Below the pieces are notes generated by a model. It ran no database searches and was not told the DNA's origin. It worked only from the letters and a program-made list of their open reading frames with translations. From positions 48,538-112,537 of the forward strand of contig JAZKXR010000006.1 in the NCBI GenBank assembly GCA_045611705.1: 64,000 bases of DNA. The letters run 5' to 3'. Below are positions 49,464 to 59,952 of this stretch, piece by piece. The stretch comes from Alphaproteobacteria bacterium. Lineage in GTDB: Bacteria; Pseudomonadota; Alphaproteobacteria; CAAHEQ01; UBA3637. Numbering within the stretch: position 1 is the stretch's first letter; every line of letters starts with the position of its first letter. A program made the translations under genes and the position numbers.

Positions 49464-50675
49464 ATGAAAAAACTTTTTGCTGTTTCAGCACTTTTATTAA
49501 CATCAACTTTGGCCCAAGCCGGTGGTCACCAATTACAAGAATATTCCACCACCAATATGGGTCGTGCCTTTGCCGGTGCCGGTATTGTCGGTGACGATTA
49601 TTCGGCCATCGCCTTTAACCCCGCTGGTATGGAATTGAAAAACAGTGGTTTGCAAATGGGTGTCAATTTGATTAAAATTCACTCGGTTTTGACTGGCTCA
49701 TTAAGCAATGGCAAAAGTGGCCAAGGTGAAATCCGCACACATAAAGCATTACCGCACTTTTTTGGTCAAAAACGCATCAACGACCGTTGGACAGTCGGTG
49801 CCGGTTTTTATACCCCATTCGGAATGGGTACTTACTATACAAACAAAAATTGGTTTGGTTCAACACATGCCGTCAATTCCGAAATCACAACAATGGATTT
49901 GGCATTGGCCACATCATATAAATTGACCGATACTTTAACCGTTGGTGGCAGCGTTTTTGCCGAATATATGGAAGCTCGTTTGACGGGAAACAGCCCATAC
50001 GGTTATAACGATATGAATGCCAAAGACAACACTGCCCCCGGTTATACATTAGGTTTAATGTATCGTCCGACACAAGATACACGTTTCGGTGTCACTTATC
50101 GCAGTAAGACAACACACAAAATCCGTGGCCCGCATTATTGGGGCAACCTGTATGGTATGGTCAACACAAAATTGGTTTTACCCGAACATGTGTTATTGGC
50201 CGCCCATCACAAAGTGGGTAAATTCGGTTTATCCGCCAGTGCCCGTTGGACACGTTGGAGCCGTTTTGATAAGTTGAACTTGGAATCTTCTGCATACTAT
50301 AAATTGACAAGTGCATCAGGCAAGCCCACCACCAATATCCCGCCAGTCAATGAAGATTGGAAAAATGCATGGATGATTGGTGCCGGTGTGGATTATTATC
50401 ATAATGAAAACTGGACATTCCGTGCGGGTGTGGCCCATGATGAAGGTGCCGTTAAACGCCCTGTCACCAGAACGGCTCGTATTCCCGATTCCAATCGTTG
50501 GTTGACCACCATCGGTGCCAGCTATAAATCAGGCAATTGGCAATTGGATTTATCCTATGGACACATGTTCTGGAAAAAAGGACGCATAAGCAACGAAGCC
50601 AGCGGAACCACATTGAACGGTGAGTTCAAAACAGGTTTGGATTTGGCCGGTGTATCCTTACAGTATAATTTCTAA
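49464..50675 (+). CDS. fadL: Long-chain fatty acid transporter FadL/OmpP1 family
   Basis: GRAFAG...NPAGM, PFGMGT, WTRWS, RIPDSNR, C-terminal YNF. Confidence 0.88.
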   Translation: MKKLFAVSALLLTSTLAQAGGHQLQEYSTTNMGRAFAGAGIVGDDYSAIAFNPAGMELKNSGLQMGVNLIKIHSVLTGSLSNGKSGQGEIRTHKALPHFFGQKRINDRWTVGAGFYTPFGMGTYYTNKNWFGSTHAVNSEITTMDLALATSYKLTDTLTVGGSVFAEYMEARLTGNSPYGYNDMNAKDNTAPGYTLGLMYRPTQDTRFGVTYRSKTTHKIRGPHYWGNLYGMVNTKLVLPEHVLLAAHHKVGKFGLSASARWTRWSRFDKLNLESSAYYKLTSASGKPTTNIPPVNEDWKNAWMIGAGVDYYHNENWTFRAGVAHDEGAVKRPVTRTARIPDSNRWLTTIGASYKSGNWQLDLSYGHMFWKKGRISNEASGTTLNGEFKTGLDLAGVSLQYNF

Positions 50676-50785
50676 TTCATACTGTCAACACGAAAAGAGG
50701 TCTTTAAAAAAGGCCTCTTTTTTTATAAAATATCCTTGCACTGAAAAATAAAATTTGCTATAACCAAAGAAAAAAGGAGGCAAAA

Positions 50786-51577
50786 ATGACCGAAAAATAT
50801 AACGTAATTTGCATTAAATGGGGCACCGGTTATCCATCCGAAGATGCCAATAAATTATGCTCTATGATTAAACGCAATACATCATTTGATATTGATTTTT
50901 ATTGTTTTACGGACAACCCCGAAGGTTTAAGTCCGGATATTATCGTAAAACCACTGCCCGTTATGCATGTTGCCCCCGAAGACAACAAATACGCCTATCG
51001 CAAAGAGGCGGGCTTGTGTGATGATAACTTGGGCGGACTGACCGGTCAACGTGTCTTTTTCTTTGACTTGGATTCATTAATTGTTGGCAATTTGGATGAA
51101 TTTTTCCGCTATCCCGAAGGCGATAAATTTTATATCATCAATGATTGGAATACCAAAGGCAATCATGTGGGACAGGCCAGTTGCTATTCCTTTGTGGTCG
51201 GCACTTTGGGATACGTCAAGGAATATTTTGAAGCCCACCCCAAAGAAGTGGTGGATAAATTTTATACCGCTTCGCAAGAATATTTATCATCCAAAGTAAT
51301 TGAAAAATACGGTCCTTTGAATTTTTGGCCGGATAATTGGTTCTGTTCTTTCAGATTCCATTGCCTGCCAAAATGGCCTTTACGCTTTTTCATGGAACCT
51401 AAAATCCCAAAAACACCAGGCCTGAAAATGATTGCTTTCCATGGATTGCCCGGTTTATATGAAGCATCAAAAGGCATTTGGTGTATAAATAAAAACGACC
51501 GAAAATATCCCAGAGGAATCAAAAAGCTGTATAAATACGTTCGGCCCACAACTTGGGTAAACGAATACTGGAAATAA
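50786..51577 (+). CDS. Glycosyltransferase (CxKWG family, GT-A)
   Basis: ICIKWGTGY, CFTD, FFDLD (DxD), EQEY-like SQEYLS, FHG.P. Confidence 0.75.
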   Translation: MTEKYNVICIKWGTGYPSEDANKLCSMIKRNTSFDIDFYCFTDNPEGLSPDIIVKPLPVMHVAPEDNKYAYRKEAGLCDDNLGGLTGQRVFFFDLDSLIVGNLDEFFRYPEGDKFYIINDWNTKGNHVGQASCYSFVVGTLGYVKEYFEAHPKEVVDKFYTASQEYLSSKVIEKYGPLNFWPDNWFCSFRFHCLPKWPLRFFMEPKIPKTPGLKMIAFHGLPGLYEASKGIWCINKNDRKYPRGIKKLYKYVRPTTWVNEYWK

Positions 51578-51732
51578 AACAAATTCCTTTAAACGCCCCC
51601 AAAAAGCAACATTAAAAACCTTGTGCCAAGGGGCGTTTTTTTATATTTTTTAATCAAACTCAAAAAAAGGCTTGCTTTTTAATAAAAAAAGGTGTATAAT
51701 TCGCCCAAACAAATTAACAATTGGAGTCAACT

Positions 51733-51960
51733 ATGAAAAAAAATATACACCCTGATTATCACGAAATCACCGTTACAATGACAGACGGCACACAATTTAA
51801 AACACGTTCCACATTGGGAAAAGAAGGTGATACAGTGCGTTTGGATATTGATCCGTTATCACACCCTGCTTGGACCGGTGTGTATCGTTTGATTGATACA
51901 GGTGGTCAGTTGGCCAAATTTAATAAGCGTTTTGCTACTTTCAAAAAAAAGAACGCCTAA
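51733..51960 (+). CDS. rpmE: 50S ribosomal protein L31
   Basis: [10 protein letters not shown]...HPAWTG...KFNKRF. Confidence 0.96.
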   Translation: MKKNIHPDYHEITVTMTDGTQFKTRSTLGKEGDTVRLDIDPLSHPAWTGVYRLIDTGGQLAKFNKRFATFKKKNA

Positions 51961-52004
51961 TTAAACAAAACGAATCAAAAAAAAGCGGTTTTAAAACCGC
52001 TTTT

Positions 52005-52205
52005 TTATTTTATTAAATCCTCCAAAGAAACCGACAAAACCGTTGCAATATTTTGCAATAACATTATTGTCGGATTACGTTTTCCATTTTCTATTTCTGA
52101 TAAATACGAACGCGTAATCCCAACAGCGACAGCCAAATCTATTTGACTAAGATTCGACTGTTTTCTGAGTCTAGATATATTATGTCCTATTCTTTTTAAC
52201 AGCAT
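52005..52205 (-). CDS. XRE-family HTH transcriptional regulator
   Basis: LSQIDLA...YLSEIENGKRNPTI. Confidence 0.85.
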   Translation of the reverse strand: MLLKRIGHNISRLRKQSNLSQIDLAVAVGITRSYLSEIENGKRNPTIMLLQNIATVLSVSLEDLIK

Positions 52206-52310
52206 AAAAATATCGTATAACTTTTTTCTAAAAAAAATGTTGACTATAATAGACATTTTGTGTATAATTTAGTCGTGTCAACAAAAAAACACATTACTGA
52301 AAGGATAAAA

Positions 52311-52508
52311 ATGAAAAAATACATCATCTTAACTTTGGCTTTGTTTTTAACATTTTCTTTAAATGCTTTTGCGCAAAATCCATACGCAAACCCAAACAGA
52401 GTAAATGTTAGAGGTTATCACAGACAAGATGGAACATATGTTCGTTCTCATCAAAGAACCGCCCCAAATAGCACAACAAGAGACAACTTAAGCTATTCTG
52501 GTTATTAG
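52311..52508 (+). CDS. Small secreted protein (VxGYxRxDGTYV family)
   Basis: Signal peptide ending AFA; VRGYHRQDGTYVRSHQRTAPN..TRDN. Confidence 0.75.
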   Translation: MKKYIILTLALFLTFSLNAFAQNPYANPNRVNVRGYHRQDGTYVRSHQRTAPNSTTRDNLSYSGY

Positions 52509-52516
52509 TATAATAA

Positions 52517-52545
52517 TTTTACCGCTCATTAAATGAGCGGTAAAA
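52517..52545. terminator. Bidirectional terminator
   Basis: Inverted repeat TTTTACCGCTCATT-A-AATGAGCGGTAAAA between convergent genes. Confidence 0.75.
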
Positions 52546-52554
52546 ATTTTTTAA

Positions 52555-53898
52555 TTAAAACCGGCCGATGGCACGGTAAAGTTTGGCTTTAGCGGTTAAA
52601 ACACCATAAAATGAAACGGCCAGCCCCTGACGGGCATCTGCCAACTGAGCCTGAGCTGTCAGCAAGTTCAAGATACTTTCTTTGCCCGCCTGATAGGATA
52701 CAAAAGTCACTCGTTCACTTTCTTTGGCCGATTTCAAAACCTCCTGATTGACTTTGTATGAAGAAACGGCCGTTGTATAATCCTGATAAGCATTAAAGAC
52801 TTCTTTTTGAATATTTTCTTTAATATCCTGCACGCTGGCTTCGGCTTTTTTGTATTGGAAGCGTGCCTTTTGTACACCATAGGTTGTTTTAAAGCCGTCA
52901 AAAATAGGAACAGAAACAGACAAACCGGCATTGGCCGACATTTGATAAGGACGACTATCCATCCATGAATCGTTATAACCGGCTGAACCTTTGGCCGAAA
53001 TCGTGGGATAATGGCCGGTTTTGGCAATGTCTATACCCAATCGGGCGGCATCCTGTGAACTGAGGACGCTTTTCATTTCAGGACGCAACTGAACCGCTGT
53101 TTCCATCATCTGTTGCACGGTCATATCCGTTTGCAACTTGGTAATATCATTATCTTTATCCCTTTTGGGTAAAACCAAATTAAACTTGGTATCGGCCGGC
53201 AAATTCAACAATGTGGCCAAAGCCGCCGCCGATTTTTCAATGGCGTTTTGTGCCTGTAAAACAGCCAATTCCGATTTTTGATAAGTTGTTTGAGCCAACA
53301 ATTTATCACTTAAAGAAACCATCCCCAACTGATAACGCTTTGACGTTTCTTCATATGATTTTTTATAGGATTTGACGGATTCTTGGGCAGATTTTAAAAC
53401 TTCCTGATTGGACAGCAAATCAAAATAAGCCTGATTGACATTCAAAACCAATTCCTGTAATGCCGAGTTGTAATTAAAAGATTCCGATTCCAAATAAGCA
53501 CGCATTTGATCGGTGGTGGCACCACGGCGACCAAAATCATAAATCAACCAACCGATACCGATATTGGCCGAATAAGGGCTAGACTTTGCGGTTTTATCAT
53601 CATCTTGATTTTTGCTGAAACTTTTTTCGGCACCGGCCGAAGCACTGACAGTGGGCAGATATTCCGATTTTGTGGCACCTAAATCGGCCTCGCGTGATTT
53701 AACCGACATATAATCACGATTCAATGCCGGATTATTACAAATGGCAATTTGAATTAAATTGGCCAAATCCACTTCTTTATGTGTATCCAAACCGGATACA
53801 CATCCTTCGGGGGTGTTTTGCGAATACACGAAAAACGGATCCAACGCAAAGGCCGAAGAGGACAACATTAAAGATAAAAATAAAATTTTAAACCGCAT
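52555..53898 (-). CDS. tolC: TolC-family outer membrane efflux protein
   Basis: Two OEP repeats, LIYDFG, VPIFDG, YQAG...LNLLTAQ. Confidence 0.85.
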   Translation of the reverse strand: MRFKILFLSLMLSSSAFALDPFFVYSQNTPEGCVSGLDTHKEVDLANLIQIAICNNPALNRDYMSVKSREADLGATKSEYLPTVSASAGAEKSFSKNQDDDKTAKSSPYSANIGIGWLIYDFGRRGATTDQMRAYLESESFNYNSALQELVLNVNQAYFDLLSNQEVLKSAQESVKSYKKSYEETSKRYQLGMVSLSDKLLAQTTYQKSELAVLQAQNAIEKSAAALATLLNLPADTKFNLVLPKRDKDNDITKLQTDMTVQQMMETAVQLRPEMKSVLSSQDAARLGIDIAKTGHYPTISAKGSAGYNDSWMDSRPYQMSANAGLSVSVPIFDGFKTTYGVQKARFQYKKAEASVQDIKENIQKEVFNAYQDYTTAVSSYKVNQEVLKSAKESERVTFVSYQAGKESILNLLTAQAQLADARQGLAVSFYGVLTAKAKLYRAIGRF

Positions 53899-54038
53899 TT
53901 TTCCCTCTTTTTTTTACCAGTTTAGATAAAAATAATTTTTTTTGCAACAATAAAATACCATACTTTTCGACAATTGAAAAAACAACATTCAACCCCACTT
54001 TTAAAAATGTAACCTAACAAAAAGGGGAGAAAAATTCC

Positions 54039-54215
54039 ATGACACAAAAAAACAAAGAACAACTGATTCGTGAAACAGCCTATTATATGTGGCTGGATGC
54101 CGGCAGGCCTATGGGGCAACCGGATGCTTTTTGGTACCAGGCTGTCGTCAAAGTAGACGGAAAACCCAAAAAGAATATGAAAGCATTAAAACAGGGGCGT
54201 TCACGTTCTCGGTAA
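54039..54215 (+). CDS. Small DUF2934-like protein (58 aa; not in the ORF track)
   Basis: MTQKNKEQLIRETAYYMWLDAGRPMGQPDAFWYQA...; RBS GGGGAG; terminator follows. Confidence 0.75.
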   Translation: MTQKNKEQLIRETAYYMWLDAGRPMGQPDAFWYQAVVKVDGKPKKNMKALKQGRSRSR

Positions 54216-54259
54216 TTTTAATCAATTTAAAAGCCCCGAATTATCGGGGCTTTTTTTGG

Positions 54260-56191
54260 TTATCCCATCAAACGATTCCACCATCCGCCTTTTTTGGGGG
54301 CTTCGGGTTGAACTTCACTTTTTTGTTCTTGTTTTTTTTCATCTGGCTTTTCCTGTTTAACAGGTTTATTTTTATGTGGTTTTTCTTCGCTTAAATTACC
54401 ACTTTCAACCACTTTAAATTTTTCTTCGCCTTTATTATTTTGGTTATTACCACGATGGCGATGACGTTTATGATGATTTTGATTGTTCTGTTCTTCTTTG
54501 GGTTGTTCGGGCAAAACAATCGGATCAAGCTTAAATTTCGGCACAGGTGTCGGCTGAACAATTACCTTCACACCATCTTCACGCAAAGATTCCATCTTAC
54601 ATTCATCCAAACGAATCATTGTGCTATCGGCCAAAACATGGGCTTCTATGCCATATTGAGCTTCCACAGACATCAAATATGAACGTTTTTGATTTAAAAT
54701 ATAGGAAGCCACTTCGGGATTGACCGTTAAAAATAATGTCGCCTTTCCCAAACGAGCCCCTGTTTCTTCAATAAAACGAATACAATGTGTCGCACATGAT
54801 TCCACCGAACGCACAACACCTTTTCCGCGACAACACGGACATGAATGATAGCTGGATTCCAAAAAGCTGGAATGCAACCGTTGACGGGACATTTCAATTA
54901 AACCAAAACCCGACATACGACCCACTTGAATACGGGCCCGGTCTTTACGCAAAACCTCCTTTAACCGGCGTTCAACAGCCGCATTATTTTTGGATTCATC
55001 CATATCAATAAAGTCAATCACAATCAAACCGGCCATATCACGCAACCGCAATTGACGGGCCAATTCATCACAGGTTTCCAAATTGGTACGCAAAGCCGTT
55101 TCTTCAATATTATGTTCACGGGTAGCACGGCCTGAGTTCACATCCACCGCCACCAAAGCTTCGGTTTGATCAATCACCAAATAACCACCCGAGGGCAATT
55201 GAACAATATTATTGTGGATGGCTTCCAACTGTGATTCCACCTGATATTCTTGGAATAAAGTTTTTTTGCCTTTATATTGTTTTACTTTTTTTACATGGGT
55301 CGGCATCAACAATTTAACAAAATCACGGGCAGATTTGAAAACATTATTGCCGTCAATTAAAATTTCATCAATATCCGGTGTAAAAACATCCCGCAAAGAA
55401 CGTTTAATAATATCGCCTTCTTGATGAATCAATTTCGGGGCAATGGATTTTAATGTCAATTCACGAATGTTGTTCCATGTTTTCATTAAATAATCCACGT
55501 CGCGTTTAATTTCTGTTTTTGTTTTACCCAAACCGGCGGTGCGAATAATCACGCTCATACCATCAGGAATATTTAATTTATCCAAAATGGCACGCAAAGC
55601 CTTGCGTTCTTTTTGATTGGAAATCTTGCGTGAAATACCCGAGCCATGATGATTGTTAGGCATTAAAACGGAACAACGCCCCGCCAAAGAAATATAAGTC
55701 GTCATGGCGGCACCTTTATTACCGCGTTCTTCTTTGACAACCTGCAACAGCATCACTTGGCCCGCATGAATAACTTCCTGAATTTTATATTTTTTCAACA
55801 AATGGGGACGATGGCGGATATTTTCTTCTGCTTCATGCACAACTTCCACATCCGAGGCATTTTCTTTTTGAGGCTGAACAATTTCATTTTCATCTGATTT
55901 ATTGGCCTCTAACATTTGTTTTTTCAACTCTTCTCTATCGGCCACGGGAATTTGATAATAATCCGGATTGATTTCACCAAAGGCCAAAAAGCCATGGCGA
56001 TTACCACCGTATTCCACAAAGCAAGCCTGCAACGACGGTTCAACCCGCACAACCTTTGCCAGATAAATATTTCCTTTAATTTGTTTTTTGTTTTGAGTAT
56101 CAACGTCCAGTTCTTCTACACGTCCATTCTCCAACACGACGACGCGTGTTTCTTCGGGATGCACCGCATCAATAAGCATTTTTTTTGACAT
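54260..56191 (-). CDS. rne: Ribonuclease E/G
   Basis: MLIDAVHPEETRV, GNIYLAKV, KEERGNKGA, DVNSG, IDFIDM, CxxCxG. Confidence 0.95.
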   Translation of the reverse strand: MSKKMLIDAVHPEETRVVVLENGRVEELDVDTQNKKQIKGNIYLAKVVRVEPSLQACFVEYGGNRHGFLAFGEINPDYYQIPVADREELKKQMLEANKSDENEIVQPQKENASDVEVVHEAEENIRHRPHLLKKYKIQEVIHAGQVMLLQVVKEERGNKGAAMTTYISLAGRCSVLMPNNHHGSGISRKISNQKERKALRAILDKLNIPDGMSVIIRTAGLGKTKTEIKRDVDYLMKTWNNIRELTLKSIAPKLIHQEGDIIKRSLRDVFTPDIDEILIDGNNVFKSARDFVKLLMPTHVKKVKQYKGKKTLFQEYQVESQLEAIHNNIVQLPSGGYLVIDQTEALVAVDVNSGRATREHNIEETALRTNLETCDELARQLRLRDMAGLIVIDFIDMDESKNNAAVERRLKEVLRKDRARIQVGRMSGFGLIEMSRQRLHSSFLESSYHSCPCCRGKGVVRSVESCATHCIRFIEETGARLGKATLFLTVNPEVASYILNQKRSYLMSVEAQYGIEAHVLADSTMIRLDECKMESLREDGVKVIVQPTPVPKFKLDPIVLPEQPKEEQNNQNHHKRHRHRGNNQNNKGEEKFKVVESGNLSEEKPHKNKPVKQEKPDEKKQEQKSEVQPEAPKKGGWWNRLMG

Positions 56192-56421
56192 AAATAATTC
56201 TCCAATTTATAAGGTTTGAACACCTTTCTTTGTTTAACCATTAACGAACACAGGCCAACCATTGTCAGCCCCATAAGAATATAAAAATAATTACAATTTA
56301 AATTCATTTTTCACATTCCTGTTCATTTAAAAAAATTTTTTGGGCAATTTTTTAATTGCACTTTTTATTATAACAGGTTATAAATAAATAAGCAAGAAAA
56401 TTTTATAGGGGAATTTTTTAA

Positions 56422-57549
56422 ATGCGATATTTGAAATATCTGTTATTCATATGTTTTTTTATGATTAGCAACCTTTGTTTTGCCCAAACAATTCAAGATG
56501 TCCGTTTGGCAACAACCCCCAATAACGGCGTTCGTTTTGTGGCCGAATTGGATAAACAGGCCGATGTATCCGTTTCAAAATTATCCAACCCATCCCGATT
56601 GGTTTTGGATTTTAAAAAAGCACAATTTGATGCTCAGGTTTTACAAAAAAAATGGCCCTCTGTCGGTTTTGTCAATGCCTGTCGCACAGGAACACCATCC
56701 AACCAATTATCCAGAATTGTTTTAGATTTTCAAGACAATTGCCAATGGGAAGAAAAGCATTTTTCATTGGAACCCCAAAGTGCCAAAAACTGGCGTTTTG
56801 TTGTGGATTTAAAACAAACGAACACTTTAAACACACAAACAAAAACAACCTCCCCCGCACAACCTGTTAAAAAGAAAAAAATAATTGTACTGGATCCTGG
56901 TCACGGCGGACGGGACCCCGGGGCTATTTCAAAATCAGGAAAGTATGAAAAAGATCTGGTTTTAAAAATGGCAAAAGAAACGAAAGAATTTTTGGAAAAA
57001 GCCGGTTATAAAGTTGTTTTAACACGCAGCAAAGATATTTTTATTTCTTTACGCGGACGCATCAAAAAAGCCCATGAAGCCAACGGAGATCTGTTTATAT
57101 CCATACATGCAGACAGTGCCAAAAATTCATCAGCCAAAGGCTTATCCGTTTACACCATTTCCGAAAAAGCATCCGATAAAGAGGCCGAAGCTTTGGCCGA
57201 ACGTGAAAACAAAGCAGATATTTTATACGGCATGGATTTGGGCGATTACCAACAAGAAGTCAGCGATATTTTAATTGATTTGGCCAAAACGGATACCATG
57301 AATAAATCTTCCCAATATGCCGACAACGTGGTCAAAGAGATGAAAAAGAAAATCCAATTGTTGCCAAATGCCCACCGTTTTGCCGGTTTTGTTGTTTTAA
57401 AATCACCGAACATCCCGTCTGTATTATTGGAAATGGGATATTTATCCAATCGGGCCGAAGAAAAACAGATGTGGCAAAAATCATATCGCAATAAATTATC
57501 CAAAGCCTTGGTGGATGCCGTCAATCAGTATTTTAAAGAAAATCCGTAA
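56422..57549 (+). CDS. amiC: N-acetylmuramoyl-L-alanine amidase (AMIN + Amidase_3)
   Basis: NPSRLVLD AMIN domain, LDPGHGGRDPGA, FISIHAD, SVLLEMGYLSN. Confidence 0.9.
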   Translation: MRYLKYLLFICFFMISNLCFAQTIQDVRLATTPNNGVRFVAELDKQADVSVSKLSNPSRLVLDFKKAQFDAQVLQKKWPSVGFVNACRTGTPSNQLSRIVLDFQDNCQWEEKHFSLEPQSAKNWRFVVDLKQTNTLNTQTKTTSPAQPVKKKKIIVLDPGHGGRDPGAISKSGKYEKDLVLKMAKETKEFLEKAGYKVVLTRSKDIFISLRGRIKKAHEANGDLFISIHADSAKNSSAKGLSVYTISEKASDKEAEALAERENKADILYGMDLGDYQQEVSDILIDLAKTDTMNKSSQYADNVVKEMKKKIQLLPNAHRFAGFVVLKSPNIPSVLLEMGYLSNRAEEKQMWQKSYRNKLSKALVDAVNQYFKENP

Positions 57550-57555
57550 AAATTA

Positions 57556-57819
57556 TTAACGCCCCATTCCATGGGTTAAAATATCCAAGGCCAATTTTTC
57601 ATTGATATCGCTTTCACCTTGGTGATTTTCATCTTCTGTTAAGACTTTAACACCCTCACCGGCTGCAGATTTTGCCATTCTTTTAACAATACCCGAGCTT
57701 ACAGCCTGACCGGCCACCGGCATAAAGGCATTTAATGCAATCCCCACCATCGCCCCTTGAATAGAGGCCATTGCCAACCGGTCCGTCATCGTTTCTTTGG
57801 GTTGTTTTTTGGGTTCCAT
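57556..57819 (-). CDS. Hypothetical 87-aa protein
   Basis: RBS GAGGAGG; central hydrophobic Gly/Ala-rich helix; ends in GMGR. Confidence 0.6.
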   Translation of the reverse strand: MEPKKQPKETMTDRLAMASIQGAMVGIALNAFMPVAGQAVSSGIVKRMAKSAAGEGVKVLTEDENHQGESDINEKLALDILTHGMGR

Positions 57820-57909
57820 ATTTGCCTCCTCACTTAATATTATACCACAATTTTGGATTTTGTCCTGAAAAAACTTTCTTTTTAATAAAAAATGTGATAA
57901 AATAAAACT

Positions 57910-58218
57910 GTTATCTGATGATAACTATGATACTAAACGGCAAGTGGAATAGATGTTGTGGACTCGGGGGCAGTACCCGACGCCTCCACCAAAAAACTTT
58001 ACGGGGGCGAAACAGCTTCGACACGCATAGTAAAGATTTGACCTTGTATTCGGTATGGTAGCACCGTTATCGCGCTAATAAAAATAGATGCAAACGATAA
58101 TTTTGCACCTGTTGCAATGGCCGCCTAATTTAGGCGTCTGATGTGACGAATGATTCTGAAACTATTTGTACGTTTCAGTGGGGTTTGGACCGAACCTAGC
58201 AACAGAATCGGTCCACTT
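57910..58218 (+). ncRNA. ssrA: Permuted two-piece tmRNA
   Basis: Acceptor piece ...GACTCGGGGGCAGTACCCGACGCCTCCACCA (ends 57991) precedes the coding piece starting GGGGGCGAAA (58003). Tag ANDNFAPVAMAA* at 58090-58128; 3' hairpin. Outer ends are approximate. Confidence 0.93.
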
Positions 58219-58379
58219 TTATGTTAAAAATCAAACACTTGTAAAAAAAATAAAAAAAACTTGCACGTTGCGTTGTTTTATGCTAAACTACATATCGTTC
58301 GTTCCCAAAACGGGAACCTGTTAAATTAAACAAACCGCCTTGGATTAAAAAATTTAAGGTGATGAGGAAAGGAAGAAAA

Positions 58380-58619
58380 ATGACAGACAACAATGTAGCT
58401 GAACGTGTAAAAAAGATTATCGTTGAACATTTGGGTGTTGAAGCCGATAAAGTGCAAGATGGTGCCAGTTTCATCGATGATTTGGGTGCTGACAGCTTGG
58501 ATACAGTGGAACTCGTGATGGCTTTTGAAGAAGAGTTCGGTTGCTCTATCCCCGATGATGCAGCAGAAAAAATTCGCACGGTAAAAGATGCAGTTGACTT
58601 TATTGAAAAACAAGTTTAA
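58380..58619 (+). CDS. acpP: Acyl carrier protein
   Basis: [20 protein letters not shown]. Confidence 0.97.
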   Translation: MTDNNVAERVKKIIVEHLGVEADKVQDGASFIDDLGADSLDTVELVMAFEEEFGCSIPDDAAEKIRTVKDAVDFIEKQV

Positions 58620-58706
58620 TTGACAACTTTTTCATTTCATAATGGCGTTTGGGGCTCTTTTTAAATTCAAGAACCTTAAACGCTTTTTTTATCAGGAGTT
58701 TTAAAT

Positions 58707-59951
58707 ATGCGACGCGTTGTTATTACAGGTTTGGGTTGTGTTTCCCCCTTGGGCTCAGGCATTGAAAGAAATTTATTTGCTTTAAAAAACGGTATTTCCG
58801 GCATTCAAAAAATCAATCGCTTTGACACATCGGATTTATCTGTTCAAATTGCCGGACAGGTGCCAATGGGCAAACAAGATGGTGAATTGGATTTAGATAC
58901 AGTGGCCTCAGCCAAAGAACAGCGTCATTATGATAGAGTCGCCTTATATGCATTTGCGGCAGCAAAGCAAGCCATGGACGATTGTGGATTCCTTCCCCAA
59001 ACAGAGGACGAAAAAAACGCCTTTGGTGTTTATTTCGGTTCGGGTCAAGGTGGCGTTCAAAGTTTTTGTGAGGGCATCATAACGGTAAAAGATCGCGGTC
59101 CAACACGCATCTCGCCCTTTTTTATTCCATCCATTATGATTAATCAGGCAGCCGGATTATTGTCCATCAAATATGGTTTACAGGGGCCGAACATTGCCGT
59201 TTCAACGGCTTGTGCCACAGGAACGCACGCAGTTGGTGAAGCATTCCGTTTGATTAAGGATGGTCATGCAGATATGATGTTGGCGGGCAGCAGTGAAGCC
59301 CCCATTTTAAAACCGGCCTTAGCGGGTTTTGCACAATTACGCGCTTTATCCACCCGCAATGATGAACCACAAAAAGCATCCCGTCCTTGGGATAAAAACC
59401 GTGATGGTTTTGTTATGTCCGAAGGGGCCGGTGCTTTGGTTTTGGAAGAATATGAACATGCCAAGGCCCGTGGTGCCAAAATTTATGCCGAAGTGGTCGG
59501 TTATGGTATTACCGGTGATGCGCATCATATTACTGCCCCTGGTGGAACCGGTGCTTTACGTGCCATGAAAATGGCATTGAAAAACGCCAATATGAACCCA
59601 TCTGACATTGATTATATCAATGCCCACGGAACATCCACCCCCACTGGTGACGTAATGGAATTAAATGCCATTAAGGAATTATTTAAAAACACAGAAGTGG
59701 CTGTTTCATCCACCAAATCCATGACGGGTCATATGTTAGGTGCTTCCGGTTCCGTTGAAGCGATATTCAGCGTGTTGGCCATTCAAAATGATTTTGTACC
59801 GCCCACCACCAACTTGGAAAATCCGGAAGATGAAGCCGAAGGCATGAACTTGGTGCCAAATGTGGCCCAAGATAAAAAAGTCAATGCCGTATTGAGCAAC
59901 TCATTCGGTTTTGGTGGAACAAATGCCTGTTTGATTTTCAAAAAGGTTTAA
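58707..59951 (+). CDS. fabF: 3-oxoacyl-ACP synthase II
   Basis: TACATG, NAHGTST, KSMTGH, SNSFGFGG. Confidence 0.96.
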   Translation: MRRVVITGLGCVSPLGSGIERNLFALKNGISGIQKINRFDTSDLSVQIAGQVPMGKQDGELDLDTVASAKEQRHYDRVALYAFAAAKQAMDDCGFLPQTEDEKNAFGVYFGSGQGGVQSFCEGIITVKDRGPTRISPFFIPSIMINQAAGLLSIKYGLQGPNIAVSTACATGTHAVGEAFRLIKDGHADMMLAGSSEAPILKPALAGFAQLRALSTRNDEPQKASRPWDKNRDGFVMSEGAGALVLEEYEHAKARGAKIYAEVVGYGITGDAHHITAPGGTGALRAMKMALKNANMNPSDIDYINAHGTSTPTGDVMELNAIKELFKNTEVAVSSTKSMTGHMLGASGSVEAIFSVLAIQNDFVPPTTNLENPEDEAEGMNLVPNVAQDKKVNAVLSNSFGFGGTNACLIFKKV

Positions 59952-59952
59952 A

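Noticed and set aside
54089-54394. 101-aa ORF from the track
   Set aside because: It runs through a terminator and overlaps the rne end; the better-supported gene is the DUF2934-like ORF at 54039-54215 in another frame.
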